From: Paraphysomonas bandaiensis
Taxonomy: Eukaryota > Protista > Chrysophyceae
Assembly: GCA_965644295.1 (NCBI GenBank)
Contig: CBFFRP010000009.1
Span: forward strand, 1 to 64,000
Reading direction: 5' to 3'
DNA length: 64,000 bases
Shown: positions 25,957 to 39,445 of the stretch, one piece after another
Layout: each line of letters begins with the position of its first letter
How positions within the stretch are numbered: the stretch's first letter is position 1
Notes under the pieces: model-generated
Database searches by the model: none
Told to the model about the DNA's origin: nothing
The model's input: only the letters and a program-made list of their open reading frames with translations
Translations under genes and position numbers: made by a program

Positions 25957-27404
25957 AATCTAAATTGGTCTTTAAAGTAAAGCGCGACCATCTTGGAAAA
26001 ATTAAGAAGTTCAAAGTTCGACTTGTGGCGAAAGGGTTTACTCAAGAACAAGGAGTCGACTATAATGAGACATTCTCCCCAGTAGCTAAAGGTGTATCAT
26101 TTAGGCTAGCACTAGCACTGGCTCTGCGATACAATCTGCAACTCCGTCAACTCGATGTAGAAACGGCATTTCCGTATGCAGATCTGGACGAAGACGTGTT
26201 TATGTCTCCACCTGCAGGAATAGATATTCCACAAGGCTGTTGTTTGAAGATTCTGAAGAGTTTGTATGGCCTAAAACAAGCGCCTCGAAATTGGCATTCA
26301 ATGCTGAAGGACAGTATAAAGGCGATGGGGTATAAACAATGTGTTCTTGACCCATGTTTATTTGTACTCAAGGGTACTGATGATAACCTACATATGATAC
26401 TTGTGTATGTAGATGATATCATTGTGCTCAGCTCTGACAGCCGTCATATTGAAGAAGTCATCAGCGCCTTTAAGACTCAATATGCCATGCAAGATATGGG
26501 GGACCTTAAGCATTATTTAGGTCTTACCATTGAGCGTCATAATGGCCAGATTAAGTTACATCAGTCTGCATATGCTAAAGATGTTGTGGCCAGATTCAAT
26601 CACTTGTTGTCAGAAAAGAAGAGACGGTGCAAGGCAACCACACCTCTACCACCTGGCCTAAAGTTGTCCAAGGATGCAAAAGAGGAAGAAACTCGAAAAC
26701 AGAGAGAATACGTTGATGCATTTCCCTATCAATCTGTTATTGGTGCCTTAATGTATTTGGCAGTGCATACTAGACCAGACATGGCATATACAGTAAATCT
26801 TCTCTCCCGGTTCACCACAAGACCCACGTACGCTGCATGTCAAGCTGCTCTGCATACTTTATTGTATTTAGAAAATACAGTTGATCAAGGTATCATATTT
26901 CCTAATTTCACAGATGAAGACCCTCTATGTGTGTACTCTGATGCAGATTGGGCCGGAGATCTGGATACATGCAGATCCACTACAGGGTATATCGTATATC
27001 TGTGGGGTGCTCCAATTGCATGGCAGTCCAGACTGCAGCCAACAGTGGCTACGTCGACTATGGAAGCTGAATATATGGCTGCATATGCTGCAATTCAGGA
27101 GATTGTATGGATACGAGGGGTGATGACAGAGCTCGGAATTCGTGGATTTGAGCTCAGTAAGAATGCGTCTCCAACAATCTTGAATATGGACAGCAAGAGT
27201 GCGATTGATCTAGCTCAGAACCCGGTAAATCATAAACGTTCCAAGCATATTCGGATCAAGTATCATTGGATTCGAGAGCAAGTGGGAGGCTGTATCGTCA
27301 GGCTGAATCATGTGCCAACGGCAGAGATGACAGCAGACGTGATGACTAAAGCCTTGTCCGAGAAGCTGCACTATCAGCATGTGCACACTATGGTATCGCA
27401 CTAA
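25797..27404 (+). CDS. Copia RT-RNase H open frame (no upstream in-frame ATG)
   Basis: EPQT, KVRLVAKGFTQ, LYGLKQAPRNW, YVDD, YSDADWA, STMEAEY and ADVMTK motifs. Confidence 0.85.
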   Translation, partial: FSNSTIKEPQTLAEAKKTPQRTYWIEATRKEVHKLERRTCWKIVRRPKHRKIIKSKLVFKVKRDHLGKIKKFKVRLVAKGFTQEQGVDYNETFSPVAKGVSFRLALALALRYNLQLRQLDVETAFPYADLDEDVFMSPPAGIDIPQGCCLKILKSLYGLKQAPRNWHSMLKDSIKAMGYKQCVLDPCLFVLKGTDDNLHMILVYVDDIIVLSSDSRHIEEVISAFKTQYAMQDMGDLKHYLGLTIERHNGQIKLHQSAYAKDVVARFNHLLSEKKRRCKATTPLPPGLKLSKDAKEEETRKQREYVDAFPYQSVIGALMYLAVHTRPDMAYTVNLLSRFTTRPTYAACQAALHTLLYLENTVDQGIIFPNFTDEDPLCVYSDADWAGDLDTCRSTTGYIVYLWGAPIAWQSRLQPTVATSTMEAEYMAAYAAIQEIVWIRGVMTELGIRGFELSKNASPTILNMDSKSAIDLAQNPVNHKRSKHIRIKYHWIREQVGGCIVRLNHVPTAEMTADVMTKALSEKLHYQHVHTMVSH

Positions 27405-28199
27405 GTAGACTTGCTCATCACAGTATATTCTGATATGTTCATTGAGTGGGAGTATTGAACTACAACCAACTCCTACGTGCGTACTTGAAGTTTGGTAAAG
27501 TCAATCGCTAGTAGTTATCCTGTATTCTATGTAGCAATGAAATACAGAATATACATGACTACAGTATAGGAGTAGCTATTACAAGTATACAAAGAAACTG
27601 AAAATATAGTAGCTGTTAAAGATATGATTTGTAGAACAGAATGTTGATGTTGGTGAATGACGTGGTTCCTAACTCACAGGGCTACAACATCATAAACTTA
27701 CTATATCTCCTATAATATCAATCAGTCAATATTGCACTAACTAAAAGCGTAAATTAATACCTATTGCTAAATAAGAAAGACCTTCAATAAAAAATAGTGG
27801 TTAATAGTATATTACCATTATTTCTTTATACTATTAGTTATGTATATCACAACGTCATAGTATACACCAAGACTGAAGCGATTACATATCGCACGGTTAA
27901 CATATAAGTAGGCAACAATTATTATATAATTAACAATCTCCGATTCGTATATATCTCGAAATATTATATCAAATATAAAGCTATATATAGCTGCTAACTC
28001 AAGACAACAAATGAGCAGCATACAGCTGATAAAAACAAAATAGGACCCGTATTTCGTAGGCAAATTTAAGGTCATGATAACTATGAATAACAAATTGAAT
28101 AGAATATATATCGAATAAAAAAATCGGATATTATAAAGCAGTGTGAGAAGGCATGTCTGTCCTCCTATAATGAAAAGATTTATTATGACCTTCATCGTA

Positions 28200-29440
28200 T
28201 CATTCTGAATTTTCGTACCTTATAATTTTCATAAACGATCCCGGGTTGGCTCTGTTATGTTCATGTATAGCCAGACCCTGCCCAGCTTTCTTAACGATAT
28301 CTGTATGACCTTTCTTATCGGGGCGTGTTCCATTTACTTTTAGAGCAAAAATAGTAAGTTTTCTTTTAACCTTACGCTTTGTCGTGGCATACTTAGAGCT
28401 GTGGTGGGTACATGTACTGAAAAAGGCGTTACTATACCAATAAAGATTGTGAGTTTTACCTCTCATATTCTGGTGTAACGGAATAAGCAACAGGAAGCTT
28501 CTCATCCCTGATAAATATAATATATGTAAAAATGCTAATTACGTTCAACAATCCATGACGGACCGTTTAGCAGCACACTCTATCTGCGGGTGCTTCCGTA
28601 AAAAGCTATTGACCTCTTGATGTGTACTGCGGCCTGTTTTTAGGATAACACTTGCAGGCACATACTGCGTTCCACAAATACGAGAACGATGGGCCTTCAC
28701 ATTTTGCCATATCTTTACACCTAGAAAAGCATAAGTGTTTAGCTTCTTAATCATGACAACGCAATTCCTTAACGACAGAGGTTTACCTAAAGTGTGATTA
28801 CAGAGTTTAGTCTGAAGCAAACCAAGTGTGGACAGAAGTTGAGGATGAGTACTTGTAAATTCTTGAAAAAACTTCACTTTTAAACCATTGTCTCCATTCA
28901 GTTTGAGTAGGGAGAGAAGTCTGTCACAGCATATCAATACTATAATAATTGAAACAATATTCTCAAACTTACGCAGAAGCATTAGGGTCATATATATAAT
29001 CTGCTCCGCATATATCTGCCAGCATCTGTCGTACCGTCTTTATACTAAGTACATCACTCGCCGTATCATCATAGAGCATAAATACAAACGAAGCTGACAG
29101 AGTGTTAGAATATATATATACTATATCATATGTACGAACCCATTAACTTGGTCTCTAATGAGCATATTTCCCATATAATAAGCATATAATCTCTAAATGA
29201 TATCTTGGATGTATTATGATAGTCATACATTGAGAATATTTTATGAGTAATCTGACAGTTATTTCGTCCAATTGGTGTAAGTATTGAATGAATTGAAACA
29301 TTTCTATTACTATCATATCCATATGATTGAAAATGATAATATAATTGATTAATTGATGGAACTGTTAAACCATTCTGTATATATTGTTGACAGTTATGTG
29401 AGATATGAGGATCTAATAGAATAGAAGAACTAGAGCCCAT
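28200..29440 (-). CDS. Myristoylated EF-hand-like (calcineurin B/NCS-like) protein, multi-exon
   Basis: MGSSSS start, IFSMYDYHNTSKISFRDY and FVFMLYDD degenerate EF loops, several GT-AG introns. Confidence 0.6.
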
Positions 29441-30057
29441 TATGATGAGGATAGAGATGGATATGAAGATAGATAAGAGGATGTATATAGATGATTAATA
29501 AGAGAGTGTTGAAGGTAGTGTTAAGAGATGGTTGTTTTGATATCATAAGCGTCAGTTCAACTCCTGTATTTGTATATGTATATATATATATGGGTGTCTG
29601 GACATTGTTGGATACATCTGAGTGGCAGTACCTCAAGAATGACGTATGTAAGTATGAACATCGGACCAATATTTGGTGGCTATATACTTCCATATACGTC
29701 AGTATATAAGGATGAGTATCTTGAATGATTTTCAGTTTTTAATATATACAATAGGTATTCTTGCCGTATATCTGATATACTTTAGTAGTATATACAGAAT
29801 GTATTCTGTAAAATACAACTCTTCCTTCACCTTCCTTCTAGACTATGTATTCCAAGAATACATATGAATACAGTAGGCGTATATCTGTTTACTAAACGGT
29901 CTGATCTGGACGGTTGAGAAGCCATCACATACATATATACACATACCACTCTGTGAAATATGGTGCATTGTCGACATAATTTGAAAGTGATCAGTATATA
30001 TACTTAAACAATACATTTTTCATTCAAGAAATATTATTCTTATTAACTACAGATAGA

Positions 30058-30798
30058 ATGGGATGCTTAAACAGTAAAGAGAGTACACAAAATACTGATG
30101 CTCTTCTTCCATCTACCACACCAGTGGAAGAGAAAGCTGAACCAGTTAAAGTTGATAAGAAACAAGAAATTGTAAATGATCTTCATAAAGAAAATGAAGT
30201 TCAAGGGATTGCATCATCAACTGCTGAAGAAGTAACGAACAGTGCGATTAATGAAATTCAGTCATCAGAAAAATCTCAAGCAGTTACTACTGCAAAAGAT
30301 ATTGCTGAAGACGCAACATCCAGTGCGCTGAAGAATATGCCAGAGGAACCTGTTGTCTCGAACCCTGCCCCGTCCTCGTCAAATGACAAAGATGCTTCGA
30401 CTGAAGAAACTACTAGAGTTCCTGAAACTGTGGAATCAGAAGATGGTTCGAAAGCTGTGAATGAACCTTCCAGTGCTGTGCCTTCTCAAACTAATGAAGC
30501 TTCTAGTGATGCCCCTGTTGAGCCTAATACTTCATCTATAGCTAATGATACTACTACTGCTCCTGAGGCATCTAATTCTGATGCCGTCGCCAAAGAAGTT
30601 TCTACTGATGTCCCGGAGGAGGAAAGAGGGTCTATCTCCGAGCGACGATCATCGGTAACGGAAGGTGTTCCTCAGGGACACATTAGATGCGTCACTTGTG
30701 AGGAGGTTCTGCCGAAGAAAAATTTTAGCGCCAACCAGCAGAAAAAGAAGAAAACAGCCAGCTGTAAGCAGTGCATAGAGAGAAAGTCAATGGCTTAA
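30058..30798 (+). CDS. Lipid-anchored low-complexity protein with a C-terminal Stc1-like C4 zinc finger
   Basis: MGCLNSK start, S/T/E-rich linker, CVTC..FSANQ..CKQC. Confidence 0.75.
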   Translation: MGCLNSKESTQNTDALLPSTTPVEEKAEPVKVDKKQEIVNDLHKENEVQGIASSTAEEVTNSAINEIQSSEKSQAVTTAKDIAEDATSSALKNMPEEPVVSNPAPSSSNDKDASTEETTRVPETVESEDGSKAVNEPSSAVPSQTNEASSDAPVEPNTSSIANDTTTAPEASNSDAVAKEVSTDVPEEERGSISERRSSVTEGVPQGHIRCVTCEEVLPKKNFSANQQKKKKTASCKQCIERKSMA

Positions 30799-32476
30799 AG
30801 CGTACACGAATCATAGCTAAACGCATTTTGTATGTGATTATACAGTAGACGAATTCGCGAATATTAGTGCTAATGTTTGACGTGAACTGCGCATGAAGTT
30901 TCATCGAACTGGTGGTAATAAGTGCACTACAATTGTTTTAGGTGTTTGAATACTTTGCCGTCGTTGATGAGTACAGTACATATTATAGAGTTGTACTTTT
31001 TGACTCAATAACGCAACTGAGGGTACCCCAGCTATGCTACAATAGCACTGTGAACATAATTTAAAAGTGAAATGCAGATAAGCTGCTATCATATTGTTCC
31101 TGTCACTATAGGTTTCTGCTGTATTGATACAGGAAAATCATCCAAACATTGACTAATGTGGAGATAACACTAAGTGTTCGTGACAATTGTACAACCTTAG
31201 CAGATGAAGTATGTTCTATGGATAATTTATCATTAGATATCACTTTGAAGGAGTTGCAGAAATAATTATCAGGGGATGAGGAATACGACAAAAGCCGCTT
31301 AAATGAATTTCTTTCACATCAGTCCAATTTAACTATGGAAAGAACTGTATCCCAGAGAAATAAGGAATACTGCAATGGATGGAAAAGTAAAACTAGAAAA
31401 TAAGCTACAGATAGATGTCATCGTATATATATTATTTCGCTTTAGCATAAAGACTTTAAAGCGGCCTAGAATACGTAATAGAATTCTGATATCTTGCCAT
31501 CACCTCTCTTCCAACACACACCCTATGCTTCAGACTGAACCCCCTGCCCTAATTCATACAATAAGGGTAGCTGAGGACGTCCGAGTCTCTCCTACAGACC
31601 ATCATGCTCATCTTGTGCATAGACCTACTACTAGAGTACTCGACGATGGTGATCCTTGTTCTGTTGCGCTGTCCCACACCCCTCTATCAGATATTGCCTC
31701 TCTTGTACCATCACACTTCCTCTCGACTCCCTGTTGCTGGATACACCGGAGAACTCTTGTATCCCATCGGTGTCTAAATACACACTCTCTTCCATGTATG
31801 TGTTCTCTGATACTGGCTAAGACAGTAAAAGAGTCGATTCCAACGCTTCTTCACAGTAGATCAACATACCTCTGAGCCAATTGGCACAATGCCTAAGGGA
31901 AGGCCACAAATCGCTTGCCAACTCAGATGGGTATATTGCTTCTTCCCCTGGTTGCCATGAGGCACATGAGGCAGTACATAAGGCAGTCCCAGATCCCATA
32001 AGGCATAAAATGTATGAGTAGTCTGTAGTCTTAGCATTATTCCAGTGTGGTAGTAGTAGACTTAGATCACTGCTTTCACTTGTCATTCTGTACGTTGTAC
32101 AACATCCATGAATATAATATATAGCGAGAATGGTCACACCTTAGTGTGTAGCGTTAAATAGTTGGAAATAGAGTTTGGAAATAGCTGGTGCAGATTTTTA
32201 ATAATACTTTCAATATATTATACTTTCCGTGTAATATGTTATTTATTTATGCATAATGCATATACATTTCATGATGTAACAAGTGTAATGTAAACCTTGC
32301 ACATATTTAAACCTTTCTTTGTTCAAAGTTATCTGTCAGTATCAATATCTAGCGAGAGTGTGCAAGCAAGGGACTATTTATTATAGCTTACAAGGTGTAG
32401 CAATGTGTAATTGCGCACGAACGATAACACGAAGAGCTGTTACACTGACTGGCTGAGTAAGCGTACTGCAACATGC

Positions 32477-32850
32477 AAGAACGGTGGAAATTGTATTTAC
32501 TATATTTTGATGCTTTGCAAACATAACATGTTTCAATTTAGATACGTTACAATATATATATATATATATGTTTCAATTAATATACGCTACAAGAACGGTG
32601 GAAATTGTATTTACTATATTTTGATGCTTTGCAAACATAACATGTTTCAATTTAGATAGGTTACAAAATATATATATATATGTTTCAATTAATACTACAA
32701 AAAATATGCATGTTTTAAATTAAGATACGCTTCAAACAAAACATGTTGCAACGAAAATACGTTTCAAACAAAACAAGGTAAAACTAAAATACGTTTCAAA
32801 CAAGACATGTTGCAACTAAAATACTTTTAGAAAAGGCAACTAAGATACGT
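32477..32850. repeat. ~114-bp tandem duplication plus short aaatacgtttcaaacaa repeats
   Basis: caagaacggtggaaattg... occurs at ~32477 and ~32590. Short repeats at 32720-32850. Confidence 0.8.
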
Positions 32851-32851
32851 T

Positions 32852-33664
32852 TCAAAGATTATGTGCTTCAAGGAATGCACGAGCTTCAGCTAACTTCCTC
32901 GCGGCTGCTTCAGACTTTTGTCTTTTCGCTTCCTCTCGTAATATTTTCTTGGCCTCTTTCTCAGCCTTTTGCTCCTCTGGAGATAAAGAATTATATCTGT
33001 CTTTCTCTGATTGCCTTGCCAATAGTGCCTGAGCTGCCTTCTCTCGCTTCACAACAGCTGCTGCATTTTTTTTTCTTTCTCTTTCCTTCGCCTTCCGAAT
33101 TATCTTCACTGCGCGTTGGTATGCCTTATCCCTTGCCACAGTCGGTGGTACCGAAGCACTGACAACTAAGGTCTCTCTTCTCGTAAAACTTTCTTCTGTC
33201 CTCGTGTCAACCAATTCATATTCAGGATTCACTTTCCCTCTCTTCTTTGCTGTAGCTTTAAATGCTTCTGATAGCATTTCTCGTGACTCAGATTTGGGAA
33301 CTTCCATAGTGTCTTGTTGCCTTTTCCCTAATGTCGACAACAAACCATTCACTTCTTCAGTATCACAACCATATGGTCTTCCTCTTTGTAATACTTCACC
33401 TGATGATTGATATGTTTTCAAATTCTTTCTAAAGAAATTCTTATATAGATTATATCGACGTATCAAACCTCTCTTTGTTGTTAGTTGATCAAACCATGGA
33501 TTCCCTTGTCTTGTGACCTCTTTACATAACCATGTTTTTTCTTCATTAGTTAATATACACTTGTTTAAATTACGATAAGTGTATGTATGATTAATACGAT
33601 GAGAAGATCTTAATGGTTGTAATCTTACAGGGATATCTATTGGAAGATGATGATCTTGTATCAT
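32852..33664 (-). CDS. Basic hypothetical protein, possibly a transposase deletion derivative
   Basis: 270-aa intronless ORF with an HTH-like N-terminus, RGRP motif and K/E/A coiled tail. No catalytic domain visible. Confidence 0.5.
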   Translation of the reverse strand: MIQDHHLPIDIPVRLQPLRSSHRINHTYTYRNLNKCILTNEEKTWLCKEVTRQGNPWFDQLTTKRGLIRRYNLYKNFFRKNLKTYQSSGEVLQRGRPYGCDTEEVNGLLSTLGKRQQDTMEVPKSESREMLSEAFKATAKKRGKVNPEYELVDTRTEESFTRRETLVVSASVPPTVARDKAYQRAVKIIRKAKERERKKNAAAVVKREKAAQALLARQSEKDRYNSLSPEEQKAEKEAKKILREEAKRQKSEAAARKLAEARAFLEAHNL

Positions 33665-34363
33665 TATGAAAAGAAAATATGAATGACAATGATAGTATAC
33701 TATACTAGGAGCTATAGGGATCTATAGGGATCTATAGGGAGCTATAGGGAGTTATATAGAGCTATAGAGTGACTGTGTATGTGTATATGAATAGAGTTGA
33801 AGTAGATGGATGGATGTGTTCTTAATTGGGATGGGTGTACATACACTATCTCAGAATAGAAATATGGGAAAATGGGTGTTTTTGTTGGGTTTACTCATAT
33901 CATTTTTCTTCAAAAATAGGGAAAAATACATAAAAGTATCGATTTGGTAACTCGTTTTTCTAAAAATGAGGTTTTATAGAATAGCCTGTGGTCTGTGTTG
34001 CTGCAATATACAGCAGTGTACACCACCACACCCACGTACACGTACACAACACTACTATGCAAGACTTCGTCAATCCCCAATGCATATATATGCATGCCTT
34101 GATGGACTTCAAGATATATAAACAACACTTCATTTCACTTCATTTCTTTTATTAACTTCTACTTTCATATAAGCGAATTCTAAGAATATCTTCATATTGA
34201 AGTGTCTATTGAAGATTTTTATAGGCAATACTTTCATATAGTGCTCCTTCTACATCATAATTTCATAATATCATCATAACTATCTATACATATACAGTCA
34301 GTCAGTGAGTCAGTCAGTGAGTGATTGAGTGTGTGAGTGTGTGTGAATAAGAAGGATCATATA

Positions 34364-36472
34364 ATGGATGAAGAATATATTTCACCTGAAAATATAAGAA
34401 GATGGGAAAGATTAATTGCCTCCCATAGTGTCGATGAGATCTGGTTATGGCAATATTGGAAAGATGAATATCGTCCACATAATCAAATTAATAAAAAACT
34501 ATTAAATCGTTTTAATAGTAAATTAAAAGCACAAAAAGAATTAAAAGATTTAATACGGAATGGTATACCAAACGATTATAGAGGGGCAATATGGTGGGCA
34601 TGTAGTGGAGGTGCTGGAAAGATGATCTCTGCTGCACCTGAATCATTTAATGGATATCTTATGATAGCAATGTCATCTCCAAGTCCAGCTGAACATGATA
34701 TTATGAAAGATTTACATCGTACATTTCCATGTAATGAAAGTTTAAATACAGAAGAAGGAATCGAATCATTACGACGTATATTATTAGCATATGCTGTGAG
34801 AAATAGAGAAGTGGGATATTGTCAATCAATGAATTTTATTGTTGCAGTATTACTTATGTATCTTAGTGAAGAACAAGCATTTTGGGTTCTAGCTGCATTA
34901 GTGGAAGATATACTGCCTCGTAACTATTATACAGCTTCTATGTTAGGATGTCGAGTGGATCAAGCGGTAAGTTTATTGTATATGTTATGTGTTGATGAAC
35001 TTTAGAGAGCTCTGTGTTTTGTTGTTTTATGTTAGCATGAACGTCTATATCTATTTTAGGTGTTTCAGAGCTGTCTGGCATGGAAACTTCCAAAAGTATT
35101 TTCGCATTTCAGAGAGCATGATATGATTCTGGAGCCAGTTACATGTTCGTGGTTTCTCTGTCTCTACGTCAATTCCCTTCCACTGAAAGGTACCCCTTGG
35201 TCCTGTGATTATTTTGTGTAATGCGACGACATTTTGTATGATTGTTTCGATTGTACATATGTATCTTACTTGTGACACAGAGGTGCTGCGGATATGGGAT
35301 TGCGTCTTCTGGGAAGGAAATGTGGTCCTTTTTCGCGTTGGCTTAGCTGTATGCAAGATTATGGTGCGTACTTTCTACTTTCTCTTCCTGTCTCGTTCTC
35401 GTCCTCCGTTTGATGTCATTTTCAGGAGTCAGAAATATTGATGTCATCTGATTTTGGGTCGATGTTCAAGTTATTGAAGAAGCCCCTTTCAGGTCATGAG
35501 GTGAGAATCAGTGCAGTATAAAGAGAGTGTATATTGATAGTAATTTGGTATTGGATCAGTATGCTGCTCAGAGTGTGCTTGACACGGCCTTTGATAAAAC
35601 ATGGCTTGGGAGTATACCACGGTCTAAACTTGAGGAACTACGAGGCGAACATAAGGTGATTGTGTGGCCTCCTATTGTCATCAGTGTGCTCATTTTGAGT
35701 ATACTAGGCTGCTATAATAGCGGAACACGAGGAAGCTGCACGTATGAAGCGCGAGAGGAAGGCCCAAGAACGGAAGTGAGTTTCATTCTATGTGTGTCCT
35801 TCATTGCGTAATGTGAACATCACGCAGGAGGATTAGCAATAGCAGCACTCTTGTCGAATTGGATGATACACCTCAGGAAGAAGGGAATGAAGAGAGCGAT
35901 GGCGGTGATGCGGAGGAGTATGTAATGGTAGAAAGTGAAGAAATTCAGTCAGAAACAGACAGAAGTTCCGATAAAGGGATGGTGGTCGTTGAGAAATGCA
36001 GAGGAAGCACTACGAACAGGCGATCCTCTTTGGTGAGTACTTATCAGATATCTAGAAGCGGTATTTATTCATGTCTTTAACTTTTCAATGCTGGTGTTGA
36101 TACTCTATTACGACTAACTATGTTGTGGTTCAGGCTGGTTATGATGGGGCAGCGGATGTCCTCAGCAAAGTTCTTACGGAGGGGATTCCTGTTCACGCCC
36201 AGGATTCCCTCGATAGCACTGTTGCAGATGATCTCGGCGATGGTGACTACAGTAATGAGGAGCCATTGGATGGCAGGGAGTGTGATACTCCCCCCCCTCT
36301 TCCCGAAGCGTTCCTCGTTGACTCCAGCGTGTCTCCCAATTTAGCGTTTCAGCGTCCTAACCGAAGGGCATCTAAGATAATGCTCAGTATGCTGGAGATA
36401 TCGGATCTTGCTGACCTCGATGAGACTGTCCCCACATCTAAATCCAATACAAGCAGCGAAATGATAGGCTGA
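34364..36472 (+). CDS. TBC-domain Rab GTPase-activating protein, multi-exon
   Basis: IRNGIP..RGAIW, IMKDLHRTFP, GYCQSMNF and LRIWD motifs. Confidence 0.92.
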
Positions 36473-36789
36473 AGTGTTTGCAGTGCCATGCATGTGCCAA
36501 GTGGTGATTATTATAATACAGAATGATATAATGTAAAAACATAAAGAGGTATTACGGATGGGAATATATTTGGTGACCTATAATAATAAGCTGTGCATTA
36601 TATATTATATATGAGTCGATTCTCTTTATGACATTTATTTCTATTGAAGCTCACTTACATGAAACACTTCTCCCCATTGTCCGGCAGTACTTCATTCCAT
36701 TGAAGGGGGGATTTATTAAGCTCTTTAAAAGCTTAATATCAATATTAGCTGTTAGAATTGGATATTTCACCGAAGTTAACTTTGCTCTA

Positions 36790-37995
36790 CACGAAAACCT
36801 TACCGCCGCCAGTGGCGATTGGAAGACACTAGACACAGTGCTCGGAGCCTCCAACTACAGTGTTGTCACAACTGACGTTACGCACATACTGGAAGAATTC
36901 ATTACCACGGCGGGGCAATGACACTGGCGAAGATTCGATACACATCTCCTCACAGACCTCGGTCCCATGCGAGGAGACGTCACAGATCTCCATCACCAGT
37001 GGGACCTCCATCAATACACCCTCCGACAAGATGGCATGTATGCTGCACAAACGCAGCGAGACCCGCAGTATTGGACACGCAGCGGAACAAGGCTCCCACA
37101 CAAGCTCCATCCTCTCCGTATCCATAACTCCTCCAAACACTACATCTCCCTCGCAGAGCGTATATACGTATGGGACAAATCCTACGCAATGGGAAGAAGC
37201 CGAGCCAAAGGAAAAACCGGGCATGACCACACTACGGCTTCCGCATGCACAGGCTGTGCACACTCAACAGACAACATGGCGCACATGCTTCTCACCTGCA
37301 CTCACCCTGACATCATTCACATACGTGAAGATGTCTACCAAGCACACCACAGTAAGCTTGACAGAGCACACGCCCCCCATCCCTGGTTTCACACCGCCAT
37401 AATCAAGCTAGCAAAAAAGCCGCATGGAATTCAAACACCCCTCAGGTTGAGCGCTACTGGACCGGTCACATCACTGCCACACAACTAGCCGACGCATTCG
37501 AACGCCACATATCCCACTCACTGCTCGAACAACAGTTCCACGCCCTCGAAAAATCCAACACATTTATCCTGCTCCCCCTATACAATGGAGGGCTCCGTAT
37601 GCTTCCAAATAGGGGACTCAGACACCACAACACCAGTATCACCTGTCACGACACCGACACACACTCACAGCAAAAATACTCCAGGTACTTCAGGCAACAT
37701 CCTCTACAAGAGTCCGAACCCGACAGAGGCAAGCGCAACAACCACTCCGGAAACAACTCCTCCTTACTTGTGGCCGAAACCCCACCTCGACAACCAGCTT
37801 CATCATCTCCACCACCGACCTACTACACTCTCATCTACATCGCGCCCCATCCACTCCTCGCATGACCCATCATGGCACAGGCCCGCCAGACACATTTTGA
37901 CCAAAGGTAGACCCCCGACTAACCTCACTACAAGGGACGGTTGCACCATGGTGCTCGCAGCGATGATGCACAACAAGCAGCCCGCCACTAGTAGT
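36790..37995 (+). mobile_element. Degenerate 5'-truncated non-LTR retrotransposon (ORF2 C-terminus and 3' UTR)
   Basis: CCHC knuckle CTGC..HMLLTC in a disrupted C/A-rich frame. Ends KGRPP followed by a hairpin shared with R1. Confidence 0.6.
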
Positions 37996-39041
37996 ATATA
38001 GCAAGTCCAGTTATTAGCTAGTTTATAGATGTAAAACTACTAGTTTCTGTACGCGATCGTTCTAATGTAATAATCAGACATTCTTACACGTAAACCTTAA
38101 CCTTGCTTTGTTGAACACGACGCACGTTCAAGTAAGAACACCTGAAGTCGAGGTAATACCAAAACCTGGTAAAGCAATTTCACCAGGTTTCATATATAAG
38201 TATTGAGTTATTATTTTACTGTAATTTGTATCTGAGAGGTTAAAGATAAAAAAAGAGTCGCAAGTATAGTTGTTATTAGCAGTATTTATTGCGTTACAAG
38301 TTGGCCCTGCTATTATTACTTGTGTTTTGTAATATCATATTCTCATATAGCTACATCTGCTTCGCTTGAGACTGCAAACGCTCCAACCGAATAGCCTGAT
38401 TTTGGATACATTGCATACGCATATAGCTATCTTTACCACTACTACTTATTACAGTAGTATTAGTACCTATGCTCGGAAAGGACGCGGCAACAGCTGCTGG
38501 GGGCACATTACTAGTAGGTGGAGGATCATAAGCAGGTGAAGGATCATAAGCAGTTAGTACAGTGTATAGTAACAACGCACAACAATAATCAGAACAATAC
38601 CGCATTTATACAGTGTTCTCAGCAACATTATATGTTCACCACTCATATATATGTTTATCTTATATAGTCTATCTATCTAATATAAACTTCTCTTAACGAT
38701 CTTACTTGTGAAAGAGACAAATAGTCTATAACGAGAAACCCAGCGCATTCTAGGGGAGGGGCCAATGTCACACTAGACCTATACTGAGTCATGCATGGTC
38801 ACGAGAAGCCCCGCGTAATCTTTGTTAGGTAATAATGGGAAGGTGCACATGGTCCTACTAGAATCTGCGCGAATTACATATATATATAAAAGACATGCAT
38901 AGTTATGAGAAATCCCGCGTGATCTCAGCTAAGATTAACACAGGTGGGGGCGGCAACAGAATATGCGCGTGATCTATGTGTCTATGTGGTCAGCTACTTT
39001 GGTACACGGGTGGGTCGGTAGTAGAATCAGTGCGATATCTC

Positions 39042-39250
39042 GGTGTTTTAGGTGATGCACCAGCCAGCCTACACTCTATGGCCACACCCTCGGAATACAA
39101 TACATACATAATAGCTAATAAAATAATATAGTCAAGCTTTGCCGCGGAACAATATACACAATACACCCTCCCTAAATTCAAATTTCTACAATCACAGTTT
39201 AACGGGTTCACTAAGTACTCCTCAGTCAGAAGATATAGCGAACCAAATTA
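39042..39250 (-). repeat. Left arm of a long inverted repeat flanking the ankyrin gene
   Basis: Reverse complement of ~41668-41909. Confidence 0.9.
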
Positions 39251-39445
39251 CATGTACTGCACGAACACCGTGTGACTGGTAGCATAATCTACTGTGAATA
39301 ATCATATGATTGTTAGACTTATTGCATAACAATACGGTCACTACTACTTACAACACAAAATCGTCATATGATTGTAAGCTCATTGTATAACAATAATGGG
39401 GATATATCTTCCTATATACACAATGCTACTTCAAATCATCCAACT

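Larger units (their letters stand above)
25108..27759 (+). mobile_element. Internally deleted Ty1/copia element with 307-bp TATT...AATA LTRs and TSD CCTAT
   Basis: LTRs 25108-25414 and 27453-27759 look identical. TSD at 25103-25107 and 27760-27764, PBS TGGCAGCGG, PPT GAGTGGGAG. Protease and integrase are missing. Confidence 0.95.

Noticed and set aside
31375-32165. GC-richer stretch with short ORFs ending in an R1-like snippet
   Set aside because: Probably a decayed TE, but no convincing domain was found.
38700-39040. Repeated gagaa..ccgcgt.atc motifs, also near 23610 and 44875
   Set aside because: They look like fragments of an LTR-like repeat, but boundaries and TSD could not be defined.
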